Below, piece after piece: positions 1 through 12,131 of a DNA stretch of 46,698 bases. Origin of the DNA: Atractiella rhizophila (lineage: Eukaryota); NCBI GenBank assembly GCA_021432655.1, contig MU271545.1, positions 1-46,698 of the forward strand, written 5' to 3'. The notes beneath the pieces were generated by a model that was not told where the DNA came from, searched no databases, and was given only the letters and a program-made list of their open reading frames with translations. The translations under genes and the position numbers were made by a program. Each line of letters starts with the position of its first letter. The first letter of the stretch is position 1.

Positions 1-42
1 AATGTGACTGTCAACTATTGCTGGTACGATCGGCAGCTTTAC

Positions 43-494
43 CTCCTATTGCCGGCTAAAGGCAGGAGGATGCGCCACTGTCGGGAGAAATCTTTCAACA
101 AGTTTTGGCAATAAGACAAAGCCTTTGGACAGTTCGAACCGCAGAACGTCAGGCGATCGTTGATCGCAATTGCGCTCCATTCACTGATCGTGGCTTGATC
201 AGGTTCAGATTGTGGGTTGGTACAGCCGTCATTATCAAGGGCGGAAGGCAAGGCTCTATGAAGACTGGAGTGGGTCCGTGAACCCCAAGCTAAAGAATAG
301 GAAGGAAAACAAAGGACATCACGCCCACACAGGGAGGAAAATAACAAACATTACGCCACGTCAATCGCTCGAAGTCGTGTCGCCTCATACAAGTCCCGCT
401 TCTCCGCAACGATGAGCTGTTCAGGCCGTTCAGGACGTCCATTCTAGCTCTATTGAGCATTCTAGTTGCTCTCGACCCATCCACTTCTCCCGTC
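43..494 (-). CDS. Two internal exons of an unidentified multi-exon gene, divergent from CSN6 and running off the window start
   Basis: ORF 290..484 and ORF 39..347 join in phase across a GTATGA...TTTAG intron (390-290). The next donor, GTAAAG, is at 42. No recognisable domain and no start codon located. Confidence 0.45.
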
Positions 495-929
495 TAACTG
501 GGGTCCAATCTGGTCCAAACGCTTGTTATGACTGAAAGGGCTGTGACAACTCGATCAATGAATTGACGCAAAAATAGGGCCAATGGGCAGAGGGGGAGCA
601 AAGTGGGTGAAGTCCCCAATCGGTTCTCACCCCTTATCCCACTTGCTGCAACACAACAGCTCGCTTGAGAGTATCATACAACGAAAGAGGAGAGGTTCAT
701 CATTTCGACAATGTGTGTGCCCAGCAGCTCTGAGACGTCGAACCGTCGACAGACGGCTTTGGCTTTCATGCCTTTTTCCTGTGCATTGTCCCCTTACACA
801 CCGATGAGCTGGACACACTAGATTGATACTGCTCACGTGATGAGCGGGCCTTTTCGGTTCCGGTTCAACGCCTGTGAGCGCGACTTGCCAAAGACGACGA
901 ACTGCTGACGAGGATAGAATCACGTCTCG

Positions 930-2619
930 ATGGCATCTTTAGTGATTAGCGGTGTGAGCGAGTACAATATCAGCCTGTGTGCCAAATGTTTTCTCCAGTG
1001 TGCGTTCGCTGATGCTTCGCTGGGTAAAGTCATCCATTGCCTATCCTCAACATATCGGAGCACTTGACTCGTACACGGCTTCAGTCTAATACAGCTCGTC
1101 CTCAAAGTATGTCGTTCCTGTGTGATGGGACGTGAAGTTGAAGACTCTGATGCGTCCGTTTTACGTAGTTTTGGGAGCTTTGCTTGGGACACAGACGGGT
1201 CGTGATGTGGAGATAATGAACACTTTTGAGATTTCCTTCGTGAAAAATGAGGCTGGCAAGGCAGAGATCGATCATGGGTTTCTTGATACGAGGTCGAAAC
1301 AATGTACGTTCTTTCTCCTTGCAACACGGGATGAACGTTGATATGTTCCGTCTGTGTTCGAAGTCAAACAAGTGTTTCCAAGTTTTATCCTCCTAGGATG
1401 GTATTCAGTTGGCTCAGAGCCTACAGCGGAAGACCAGGATGTGATGCGCCAGGTGTGTAGCTCCAGCTCCTATCATCTTCACGAACGAACGACTGAATGT
1501 TCGAAGTTGGTAGAATATAACGAGTCCCCTCTCTTCTTCCAACTTTCTCCTCTCCAATTTTCAGGCAAAGACCTTCCTCTCACAATCTACGAACCGGTCG
1601 TGGAGATTCGAAACAAAGAGCCCCAACAATTCTTCATCCGTGTAGACTACAAGATCGTTTCCGGAGAAGCTGAACGCATAGCCGTGGATCACACAGCGAA
1701 ACCGGCCCAAAGTGCAACATCGGAAAGTGCTCGTGCGTCTTCACCCCGCAGTGTGTCTCTTGTGATGCTGACAATGCTACGGTGTGATCTCCGGGGACTG
1801 GGATGGAACAGTGGTGCAGAATCTAATGACACAGCGGAACGCTATAAAGATGCTTTATGACCGAGTGCAAGTGATCACTCAGTACCTAGATGCTCTCACA
1901 GCAGGTTGGTTCTCCACCCTTCTGCCTTTTACCATTTCAACGCTTTCCATGCTGCTTCGTTCTTTTCCTCTGTCACACGTGCCGAGCTATGCACCCATTC
2001 GATTCGATTTAACGCGATGTTTTTCTACAGNNNNNNNNNNNNNNNNNNNNNNNNNNNNNNNNNNNNNNNNNNNNNNNNNNNNNNNNNNNNNNNNNNNNNN
2101 NNNNNNNNNNNNNNNNNNNNNNNNNNNNNNNNNNNNNNNNNNNNNNNNNNNNNNNNNNNNNNNNNNNNNNNNNNNNNNNNNNNNNNNNNNNNNNNNNNNN
2201 NNNNNNNNNNNNNNNNNNNNNNNNNNNNNNNNNNNNNNNNNNNNNNNNNNNNNNNNNNNNNNNNNNNNNNNNNNNNNNNNNNNNNNNNNNNNNNNNNNNN
2301 NNNNNNNNNNNNNNNNNNNNNNNNNNNNNNNNNNNNNNNNNNNNNNNNNNNNNNNNNNNNNNNNNNNNNNACCGACTCCCCCCTCTTCCGCGAAGAGTTT
2401 GACACCGAACACGAGGATGTCCTTCTCACATCTTACTTGGCAATGTTGACCAAGACCTTGAATGCGACGAACGAGCTGTTGGACAAGAACCTGTTCACGC
2501 AGCAGAGTGGAAAGGAGGGAGGAGGACCTGGTGGACACGGAGGGCACGGAGGAGGCGAGGGAAGACCAGAGAGATGGGGAAGGAGGGGCAAGGGTGGGAG
2601 GGCTGACATGTTTTTGTGA
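930..2619 (+). CDS. CSN6: COP9 signalosome subunit 6 (MPN- domain plus C-terminal helical region), multi-exon, spans an N-gap
   Basis: Spliced translation reads MASLVISGVSEYNISL/HPLPILNISEHLTR...VLGALLGTQTGRDVEIMNTFE...QVFPSFILLGWYSVG...YNESPLFFQL...GEAERIAVDH...QRNAIKMLYDRV...FREEFDTEHEDVLLTSYLAMLTK. These are characteristic CSN6 motifs, and the introns are GT-AG. Confidence 0.92.
2031..2370. other. Assembly gap (340 N)
   Basis: Run of N inside CSN6. Confidence 1.
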
Positions 2620-3311
2620 TGTTGATTGTGATGGTGCGTCCTGTCTTTTGGAGGAGAAATGCACTCTGTAGCTAGCTTTTGTAAGCAAAATGTAAGAATT
2701 AGCTCTTTGTTGACATAGAACTTTGTGTCCCTCTGCGGCCGTCTACTTTGCTACGTCTGTAGATTTGATTACAACGTCAGAATTGTTGCCTATAGTGGCT
2801 GAAGTATTTGGTTCTCTGATGACACCTTCCGACGCATATTATTAGGTGACCTGAAGTACATCAAGAATCAAAGAGAACTCTCAGATGGGATAGTTGTACG
2901 GTGGTTCGACGTCCCTATCTATCATAGATTATGCGGACGGAGACTGGGGACAACTTAACACATCTAGAGATGTTTCTTCCCTCCTTCCATCTAGACTCCC
3001 GAGCGAAGCGGCCGCACTTCCCTAGCCGCCAAGCACCAAGTCATTGATGGTGGCTTATCATATGGCTTGGCTGATGGTAATCCCCGCCCTCTGGGGCAAC
3101 TTCAATGGAGCTGATATGCGGATGCGTGACAAATTGTCCGATGCCCCTTCTTGATGCTCAAAACAGCTTCTTCCCCTCTGACCGCAGCGTCGCCACGGGT
3201 ACGAACCAATAGAAACGATGCTTTTGACGGTGCATTGGACAACTTCCAAGAATTCAAGCCCGCCTTCGGAGGATCAACAATGTTCCTGCGACAGACCATA
3301 AAAGAAAGTCT

Positions 3312-6253
3312 ATGGCGGAGGCGCCGATGCTGCGTGCCCTGTCACAACATCGCTTGAGAATGTCGACGGACGAGAAAGCTGAACATTTTGCGGAAACGGA
3401 TGGTTTGCATTCAGAAGATGGTGAAGTTTCCGCTAGAAAACACTCCACGTTATCAGGAAAGCAAGCTTTAGTGGATGATGAGGACATCGACTTTGCTCAA
3501 CTTGCTGAGCAGCACGGATTTTCAGGGGATGATGGTCGTTTGGTAGTGGATCCAGAGGAAGCAAAGGCTAGTTCCCTTTGCTCCATTTGCCCTATCTAGC
3601 TTAAGGACTGGGCAGGTCGAATATGGAGAAGGTGTGGCATCGAGACTCAAATTGAGTGAAGACGGACGGTTCATTCTTTGGCCGCAACCAACGAGGTATC
3701 CAGACGATCCCCAAAACGTTCGTCTTCTCAAGCATGTTCAAACTGTTGCTAATCGACGGAAAGTGGACCGCAGGGCAAAAGAATCTACAACTCCTCAGTA
3801 CGCTTTGGCCATGTGTTTACGAGTTGTTCGATTAATTATCGCTGCAGTCGTCACATTGGCGGCTTTCGTTCCCGATTTCAACTCGTCCTTAGGTCCGTCC
3901 CTATTACCCTACTGTGCCTGGCGCTTCCTTTTGGTGTTTACCATGAATTGTAGGTATCGCGTCTCTTTTCGGACTTGCAGAACAGTACCACAAGTCTGTG
4001 GACCATGTGAGTGCCTTTCTTCCTGGCAAACAGGGAACTGATGGTTCACACGCCTCTAGGTGAATCAAGTGAGTTTTTTTAAGTTGCCAAAATCTATCTT
4101 ACTTTCATCTGCTTGCATCTGCCTGTGTATCAAGGTTAGCAGCAATTGGTAAGCCTACATTGGAGTATCTGTCCATTTTAAAGGCTCAAGTTGTAACAGG
4201 TCAATTTTTCAACTTGGAACGTCCGGCTTGATCGTCATTCTGCTTGTTAAACGCTTTGGGAGACTGCCTATTCTATTCTGGAGTCAGCTTATCGGTCTAG
4301 GGTAATTTCAGACCGTAACAAATCTTTGTCTGACACCATTTTCTAGATTTACGATTGGCTGCACAGTTGCTCCCAACTTTTCAACCTTTGCTGCTTGCAG
4401 GATATTACAAGCAACGTTTCAGAATGCACCACAGGTACGTAGCTTGGCAACGATGAACCAGAAGCTAACTTTTCTTGAATAGGTCACAGGTCTCTATACG
4501 TCAGTTCAGATTTATTTGAGTATTTCTTGCCTCAGCTTATCGTATCTCAGAATTTGTGACATGTATCCTTTCCATCAGCAAGCCCGGAAGATCAATATGT
4601 GGAACTGTACGTGATCGCACCTGTCAAATGGCAGGAGCAAAAACTCAAGGTGCTTGGAAGCACAGTTGGCTTCATAGTTTCGCCCTTCATAGGTCCTTCC
4701 GTTCTTGGCTTCATGGCTCCTCGAACTGGCTGGAGATGGATTTGTATGCACTGTTATGCCATCTTTACTCCAGCTCACTTCGATCCAGATGGCGTAGGAT
4801 GCATCTTCGATGGCCTAGTGCTGATTATTATAACATTGTTCGCGAAAGAAACGTGAGCCCCAGCCTTCGCCAAGTAGCCATGCTCAATCATTCAGGATGT
4901 TCGATCGGCATGTCCATCCTATTCCTCGTCCAACGTCCACCGGTTTGAGGAGAAGAGTTGAAGATCTATTAGGCGTCACAGGCAGGAATATGGCGCAGTA
5001 TCGACCTTCGTGGAAAAGGGTCATTTATGATTTATTCAATGTAGCATGGCGCCCTCAATCTGTTCTGCCTGGGATCTATATCTTCGGGGGTATGTATAAC
5101 GCTTTCCATCNNNNNNNNNNNNNNNNNNNNNNNNNNNNNNNNNNNNNNNNNNNNNNNNNNNNNNNNNNNNNNNNNNNNNNNNNNNNNNNNNNNNNNNNNN
5201 NNNNNNNNNNNNNNNNNNNNNNNNNNNNNNNNNNNNNNNNNNNNNNNNNNNNNNNNNNNNNNNNNNNNNNNNNNNNNNNNNNNNNNNNNNNNNNNNNNNN
5301 NNNNNNNNNNNNNNNNNNNNNNNNNNNNNNNNNNNNNNNNNNNNNNNNNNNNNNNNNNNNNNNNNNNNNNNNNNNNNNNNNNNNNNNNNNNNNNNNNNNN
5401 NNNNNNNNNNNNNNNNNNNNNNNNNNNNNNNNNNNNNNNNNNNNNNNNNNNNNNNNNNNNNNNNNNNNNNNNNNNNNNNNNNNNNNNNNNNNNNNNNNNN
5501 NNNNNNNNNNNNNNNNNNNNNNNNNNNNNNNNNNNNNNNNNNNNNNNNNNNNNNNNNNNNNNNNNNNNNNNNNNNNNNNNNNNNNNNNNNNNNNNNNNNN
5601 NNNNNNNNNNNNNNNNNNNNNNNNNNNNNNNNNNNNNNNNNNNNNNNNNNNNNNNNNNNNNNNNNNNNNNNNNNNNNNNNNNNNNNNNNNNNNNNNNNNN
5701 NNNNNNNNNNNNNNNNNNNNNNNNNNNNNNNNNNNNNNNNNNNNNNNNNNNNNNNNNNNNTATCTCTTCCTTTTAACTCGCTCACATGATCATCATGGTG
5801 CAGAGGTCAGTGCACTAATCAATTTTTGGAGGGTTATGGGTGGATTTGCGAGTTAGTCGTGGATCCACTTTTCCCCATGATGGATATTCTAACTGCTCTT
5901 TAGTTCCGTACTATCAAACTGACTGGGTTGCGAGAAACGGTGCTTGTTTTGAATATTTAGAGAAAAGGGAACTGAAGTAAACAACCAGGAGCCGTTGTTG
6001 TGTATGGAAGCGAGGCCGCAATCACCGCTGGCCTGTTTCTGTTGATGTGAGTCACACTCTCCGGCTTCAGTCGTGAATAGCTTTGCTGATGGATGCTGTT
6101 AGTGTTCCACTACTTCAAATCAAAGGCCGAGCAATCCGACATCGGTTCAGCATTAGGAAGGCGCCTGTAGCTGTCCAGCGGCCTGGTGAACCAAAGGCTG
6201 GAACAAAACAGGATGCAGGTTCAAGCACTGCCGATCACGTTGACGAGAAGTGA
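3312..6253 (+). CDS. Major facilitator superfamily transporter, many short introns, spans an N-gap
   Basis: Exons give ILWPQPTRYPDDPQN, KRFGRLPILFWSQLIG, APNFSTFAACRILQ, ICDMYPFHQQARKINMW, GFIVSPFIGPSVLGFM..RTGWRWI and AEVSALINFWRVMGGFA. The last exon (6103-6253) ends DHVDEK*. The start could be 3312 or 3360. Confidence 0.9.
5111..5760. other. Assembly gap (650 N)
   Basis: Run of N inside the MFS gene. Confidence 1.
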
Positions 6254-6362
6254 AGGAAGAGCTGTGTAGTGATTTTATGTCCTCCAATCCCTTTTGCTCC
6301 TTTGTTTGCTGTTTTCAGAATCTGTGCTCATCAACTTTTTACTGGGCTGTGTAATGCAGAGA
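6029..6362 (+). repeat. Copy A of a duplicated MFS 3' end (end of penultimate exon, last intron, last exon, 3'UTR)
   Basis: Aligns directly with 26123-26473. Confidence 0.95.
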
Positions 6363-6780
6363 ATGCTTGCCCCAACAGGAGTCAATTAAACAATCATGCT
6401 TCTACAAATAAAGCCCAGAGTTATCCTGCAACAGGAAGCAATAAACTTCCTCTGTCAAAGAATAGGTTTTAGAACAAGCCCTTAGCAAGGCAAGAAACAA
6501 TGTAAAGAGCATGGACAACAATGTTGACAATGACAAAGAAGAAGAGTTTTATATGAATGCTTTGGAGCAATTAGAGGATAACAAATATAGAGCCTCAGTG
6601 AACATTGTTCACATCCTGGAGCTGACAATCAGCCAGAGCAATACAGTACAAACCTGGTCACAGCAACAACAATTACCTTCGAAGTCAGAGCTAGTGCATC
6701 ATAAACAGATGATTATCAACAGTATAGAGTGGATATAGAAAAATAGTCCCTTTCGAAGTTTGGTCTTAGGGCTGATACTC

Positions 6781-7010
6781 TGTAAGGCTATCAACTAGGG
6801 AGGCTGCCAAGGACAGTGGATATCCTAAGAGAACCAATCTGGATATCCCACTCCATTGGCAGAAGTATGTATATACAAACAGCCACAAGTTCCAGAATGT
6901 TCCAGCATATTCTACTGTTAACTCTATTTGCTACCTGCCTGATAGAACCTTCTAGACCATTTGCCATATATTTCAGAATGTGAGTCATGCTCCATAAGTG
7001 AACCCTGACA
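6781..7010. mobile_element. LTR-like remnant (TGTAAGG...CCTGACA)
   Basis: TG...CA ends with a short imperfect terminal inverted repeat. No TSD and no partner copy seen. Confidence 0.4.
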
Positions 7011-7015
7011 TTCAG

Positions 7016-7192
7016 TGTGCGCTGGACCTGGTCCACAGCAGATGATGGTCAAATCACTGTCTATAATGCAATGAACTCCCTACCTGGTCCACAGCGGAAG
7101 GTGGTCAAATGGCTGTGGAACCAGAACATGACCCTCACCGTAAGTGTAGAATGGAAGGGGATCAAGTGAACGAGAGAGCTCATGCTCTCACA
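7016..7192 (-). repeat. 3' LTR of the copia element (177 bp, with an internal partial duplication)
   Basis: Matches 14512-14632 apart from ~56 extra bp. Abuts the polypurine tract. Confidence 0.92.
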
Positions 7193-7204
7193 CCCCCCTC
7201 ACTC
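7193..7204 (-). promoter_or_regulatory. Polypurine tract of the copia element
   Basis: GAGTGAGGGGGG on the minus strand, immediately before the 3' LTR. Confidence 0.8.
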
Positions 7205-10200
7205 GGTCCCCAAAGAAACCAGCACCAGAAAACTCCAGAAGTAAAGTAGAACGATAGTGAAGTATCAATGAGAAGCAGATACCATGTAATGAAAGTAAAC
7301 AAAAGACTAATTCAACTGGATAACAAAGAAGTATCAACACGGGAATCCAATGAACTAGAATGGTAATGGAAGTCAACAAATCCGACAGCACAAAAGAACG
7401 TGAATATCTATGTATGATGTATATCAATCTGTTCAGGAATCTAGCAATCCTAAGTGAGAGCATAATTTCCAGTGCTGTAAGTGCGATATCCCCTTAGTCA
7501 TCACATCCACTACCATCTCCTGTGTCGGTATCCACATCAGTATCACCTCACCTTTGTTTATCCTTTCACAGGTAAAATGATAATGAACATCGACGTGTTT
7601 CGTCCTGTTGTGGTTAGAGGGATGTTTGGCCAGTGTGAGCACCCTTTGATTGTCGCCTTTGATTGTCGTCGGCGCATTCTGAGGAAATCCTAACTCAGTC
7701 AGCAACACTCATAACCAAATTGCCTTCCTCGCTGCCAATGATAGCGCTATGTATTCTGCTTCTGTAGATGAGATCGCCACAGTCAGTTGCATCTTGGATA
7801 TCCATGAAATCGCAGACCTCCCTAGTCTAAAAACAACCCCTGAAATCGATCTTCTGGAGTCAACATCAGATGCGTGGTCAGAGTCGGAAAAACCTTCTAT
7901 AGAAGTGGATCCTGTGCTGTCCCAAATCAGGCTAAAGTGTAAGGTCGCAGCAAGATATCTGAAAATCCTCTGCACGTAGGCCCAATGTCGACGACCAGGG
8001 TTGGTGTTGAATCGAGCCGCCCGGTTTACTGCAAATAGTATGTCCGGCCTGGTATTAAATGTGGCATATATCAGTGCTCCAACTGCCTCCCTGTACGGTT
8101 TCTCCTGCATGTACTTATGCTCTTCGTCAGAGTTGGGCGCCCATTCTCTTGATATTTTCTCGTCGATATTGCAGGGAGTCTTGACATGATTGCAGTCAGT
8201 CATGCGAAACTGCTCAAGACATTTCCTGATATAGCTTTCCTGATCCAAAGTCACTATGCTGTTAGTCTCGTCCCAAGCTATCCTCATCCCCAAAAAGTTA
8301 CCAACGGAGGACGTGGTGATCTTGAATTGTGATCGAAGCAAATCAAATAACCTGTCAATCAATGTCCAGGACGATGCTGCTACCAATCTGTCACCCACAT
8401 GAAGGCATATGATCGTTACCTCTCCCCCTCCTTCTTGATGTACAATCCAAGATCCACGTTGGTCCTGATGTAGCCTTGTCGCATAAGAAAGGTGTGAAGT
8501 GTGTCATTCCAGCCTTTTCCTGCCTGTCGCAGTCCGTAAAGCGTCTTCCATAATCTGAATACCTTCGATGGGCGAATTGGGGTCCACAAATCCTTGTGGT
8601 TGCTGTAAGTATACTCCCTCTTTCAGATCCCCATGAAGAAACACATTGCTAACATCAAATTGTGCCAACACCCATCGTTGTGATGCAGCAAGGGAAAGGA
8701 TGGTGCGAACAGAGGACATACGAACAGTAGGAGCATACGTCTCCTTGAAATCTTGCCCCGGCACCTGTCTGTCACCTCTAGCAACAAGCCTCGCTTTAGA
8801 CTTGATGATATTTCCATCTAAGTCCCTCTTCATCAGCAAAACCCACTTACATCCAATTGGACGCTTTCCATGCGGTAAGTCAACCAACTCGTCTTCCCAA
8901 GTCCCCATGGCACAAAGAGCCGCCATTTCCATTTGGATCGCAGTCCACCATTCATCTACGTGTGGCCCTCCTAATGCTTGTTTAAACGTAGGTTCATCTA
9001 GATTCCCATTCCATCCTACCCCTGTCGCAAATACTTCCCATCTACTTATACCAATCCTATTATCTGGGAGAGCTGACTGGTTTGAAGCCCTTAGAGCTGC
9101 ATTTATTTCCTTCACAGCAACTGATGGATTGAAGTCTCGTAATCCCGGCCGGAAATGTGCGTTGAGGTGGAAAGCCGAAATGCGCTCAGAATGAGAGAGG
9201 GGTTTTACTGTATGTGCTTGAGGATGTTTCAGATCGGACCTATCCCTGTGAGCGCTGTCAGGTTGTGGGAGCCCACTGTTCAAAGCCCGATAATCGACCC
9301 TAGGAATATTCCGTCTGGTATGCAAAGGCAGCGGGTAAGGATTAGGAGAATGATTTGGAACCCTCTTTCGGGGAGTACGAGTCCGTGGGAGGGGTTCCTG
9401 CCCTTCATTCCCGGCAGAAAGCTTCTCCTGCTCGCTGTTATCGTCGCACCTATCCAGCTGCCCTGCAGGTAAGATGTGCATCCTTGTCGGAGAAGGTGAT
9501 CTAGTGGGTGGTTCAGGGTTAAGTTGCACGTTCGTCATCGTCATGGGAGGCGGTATTATCACATCAGCATCTGGTACTTGAACAGGCATATTGTCAGCAA
9601 GATAGTCAAAATCTGAAGGCATGAGCTCATTTAGTGACCAACTGGTCAATTTTACCGTCTCCTACTCCCCCCTGTCTCTGTAGAACTGATCTTCAAACCA
9701 CTGCACCTCCTTAGATTCCACAAAACGTCTCTGTCCCAGAATCCAGAACAACCATCCCTTCTTTCCTTCCAGGTATCCAACAAAGTAACCCAGGATTCTC
9801 TTGCATGTAATTTTGAGACCTGTTTCTCCTTAGGGATATGTATAACTACAAGGCATCCAAAAGTGTGGAGGTGTGACACATCTGGTACTTTTCCAGTCCA
9901 GGATGATTTTAGACATTTCCACGATCCATGCGAGAATGTCGGAAGACGATTAAGAGTATAGACCGCGAACTGCACTGCTTTCTCCCAAAAAGATAGAGGT
10001 AAACCTGATTCAAACAAAATTGTTCATACAACATCAAACAAAGTATACCACCGTCTTTCAATAAATCCCATCTGATTATGAATATAAGGAATTGAGGTCT
10101 CATGAGATAGACCATTTTGACAAATGAAAGATTTGAATTGTACAGATTGAAATTCTCCACCATTGTTGCTTCGGACAATCTTCACCTTGATATCATAGCG

Positions 10201-11440
10201 TCGCTCAGTCTCCAAAATCCAGTTCTTCAGAACTATTGCAGCCTCAGATTTGGCTCGAAGGGGAATCCACCATAGTCTGGCTATGGACTCCTCAATGGTC
10301 CCGAGAACATATCGCACACCGGAATGCATTGACGCAACCGGGGCAGGTCCCACAAATCACAGTCTATCCGTTCACCTTTCGCGTACGAAGTCGACTTAGT
10401 GACTACCCGAGTCGGACGTGCTTTCGATTTTCCAGCCGTGCATGATGTGCATGGATTCAACTTAGTTGAATCGCAATCAAAGCCTGTCACCCACTTTCCA
10501 GTACACAATTCCCTCCACCGTTTTGACCCTGTGTGGCCAAAATGTGTATGCCAGGTTTGAGCAGTCGTAGTTGTATAAGCAGAGATAGGAATATGAGTTG
10601 TGTACTCCTTCGCAGGTAAGAAATGGGCACTTGCCTCCAGTTCGATCTGACTTTTGCCAAATTTTGCCATCCCAAAGTGCAGGCCATTCTCACATCAGAA
10701 GAGGAGACGATCACGAGTGTTGGTGAACTTGATCCATCGTTTTATCAAGTTGAGTTGCGATATTAAAGTCACACCGAGACCCGGGACATAAAGGCCAGTC
10801 CCAAAGTCCGCCTGCATGATGTCGCGGCCCTGGGCGTCTTCGAGGAGCGGTCGAACACGCCCTGTGTGAGTCGCGAAACCTCTGGTGCCAAACGCTCCAA
10901 CAATGAATAGAGGAGGATGTAGTGGACAGAGACTTCAAAAAGTTCGGTGGAGCTTGACATGGACACGGTGGCAGCAGAATCGACATAGGATGGAAGCGAA
11001 ACTATGTCGACTCCGGGGACATCACGGAAGAGGAATCGATGGGCCCCATCTGGGATGATGGCATCGTAGATAGAGGTATGCGAGATTGAGGCGGTCGATC
11101 GGGGTTGGGATACATCTTCCAAAGAGACTGAATAAGGAGATTTCGCCGCAACATCAATAGGAAGTTGTCTGCCCACAACGCAAGTCAGAAAACAAATGGA
11201 AGAAATGAGATGAGAAGGTAATTGGTAATGACGAAAATTTTTATAATATGATGAGAAATCAGTTGGATAAGAAACTGATAAAGGAGAAGAAGAAGGATCG
11301 GGACCATTTCCAAGCAAGGCTGTTCAGAAGAAATATTAGAAGAAGAAGAAGCAAGTCGTGAATCAACATGATTGGGAATCGTAGGTGAAACAAAGAACGC
11401 AGATAGTCTTGGATTAGCAGTAGTAGGGGAAGGCGATTCA

Positions 11441-12131
11441 TCTGCTCTCCTCTACTCTATGTGGCAGTGTTATTCCGCTTGTATATATAGATGAGAGAGT
11501 AGTGGAGGTGACCTTAGAGTATTCTCTTAGGTTTATCTCCACTACAGGTTAGTCTTCATGTCATATCATGCTCTTAGGTTTATGTTAGGGCTGACACTAT
11601 GTGCGGTCGCCGATAGGCGATGCGTCTGTAGTGGAGGTAAACCTAAGAGAATAGCATGGCATGAGGAGACTAACCTGTAGTGGAGGTAAACCTAAGAGAA
11701 TACTCTGAGGTCACCACCACTACATCTCGATGTATATATGCATATGTAAGGGCACTGCCATAAACTGTAACATACGTTTCTTGAAACATGTAAGATAGCT
11801 AGATCAGGAAAGCAACAAAGGGAATACTCGGGAATAAGGCATACTGAGCAGTACAAGTGAGAAAGGACAGTAAAGCAATAATAGAGGTGGTGCAGACCGG
11901 CGAAATGTGTAAGGTTTGCTGAGCGGCGATTTGTGTGAGATAGGGAAAGCGGCGATCAGCGCGAACGTGAGCAAAGCGGCGATGGGGAGGCACGTGATCC
12001 TTCGGCGTCATGAAATAGGTCACGTGACTTCAAATGGTGCGTTTTGATAATGCGTAGGGGCAAGCCTGACAGTTTATCTCCACTACAGACGCATCGCCTA
12101 TCGGTGACCGCACATAGTATCAGCCCTAACA
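11441..12131 (-). mobile_element. Truncated, diverged copy of the 490-bp solo-LTR family, interrupted by another copy
   Basis: Reverse complement of TGTTAGGGCTGA... ends at 12131. Continues at ~11441-11582 after removing the 11583-12071 insert. Confidence 0.85.
11583..12071 (+). mobile_element. Solo-LTR-like element (489 bp)
   Basis: TGTTAGGG...GCCTGACA; TSD GTTTA at 11578-11582 and 12072-12076; internal 28-bp direct repeat. Confidence 0.93.

Noticed and set aside
2500..2619. Gly/Arg-rich C-terminal tail of CSN6
   Set aside because: Low-complexity variable tails are unremarkable without comparative data.
1987..5856. Long ORFs containing runs of X
   Set aside because: Artefacts of translating through the N-gaps.
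11583..11705. 28-bp direct repeats with a spacer, superficially CRISPR-like
   Set aside because: Only two units, internal to an LTR family, in a eukaryote with no cas genes.
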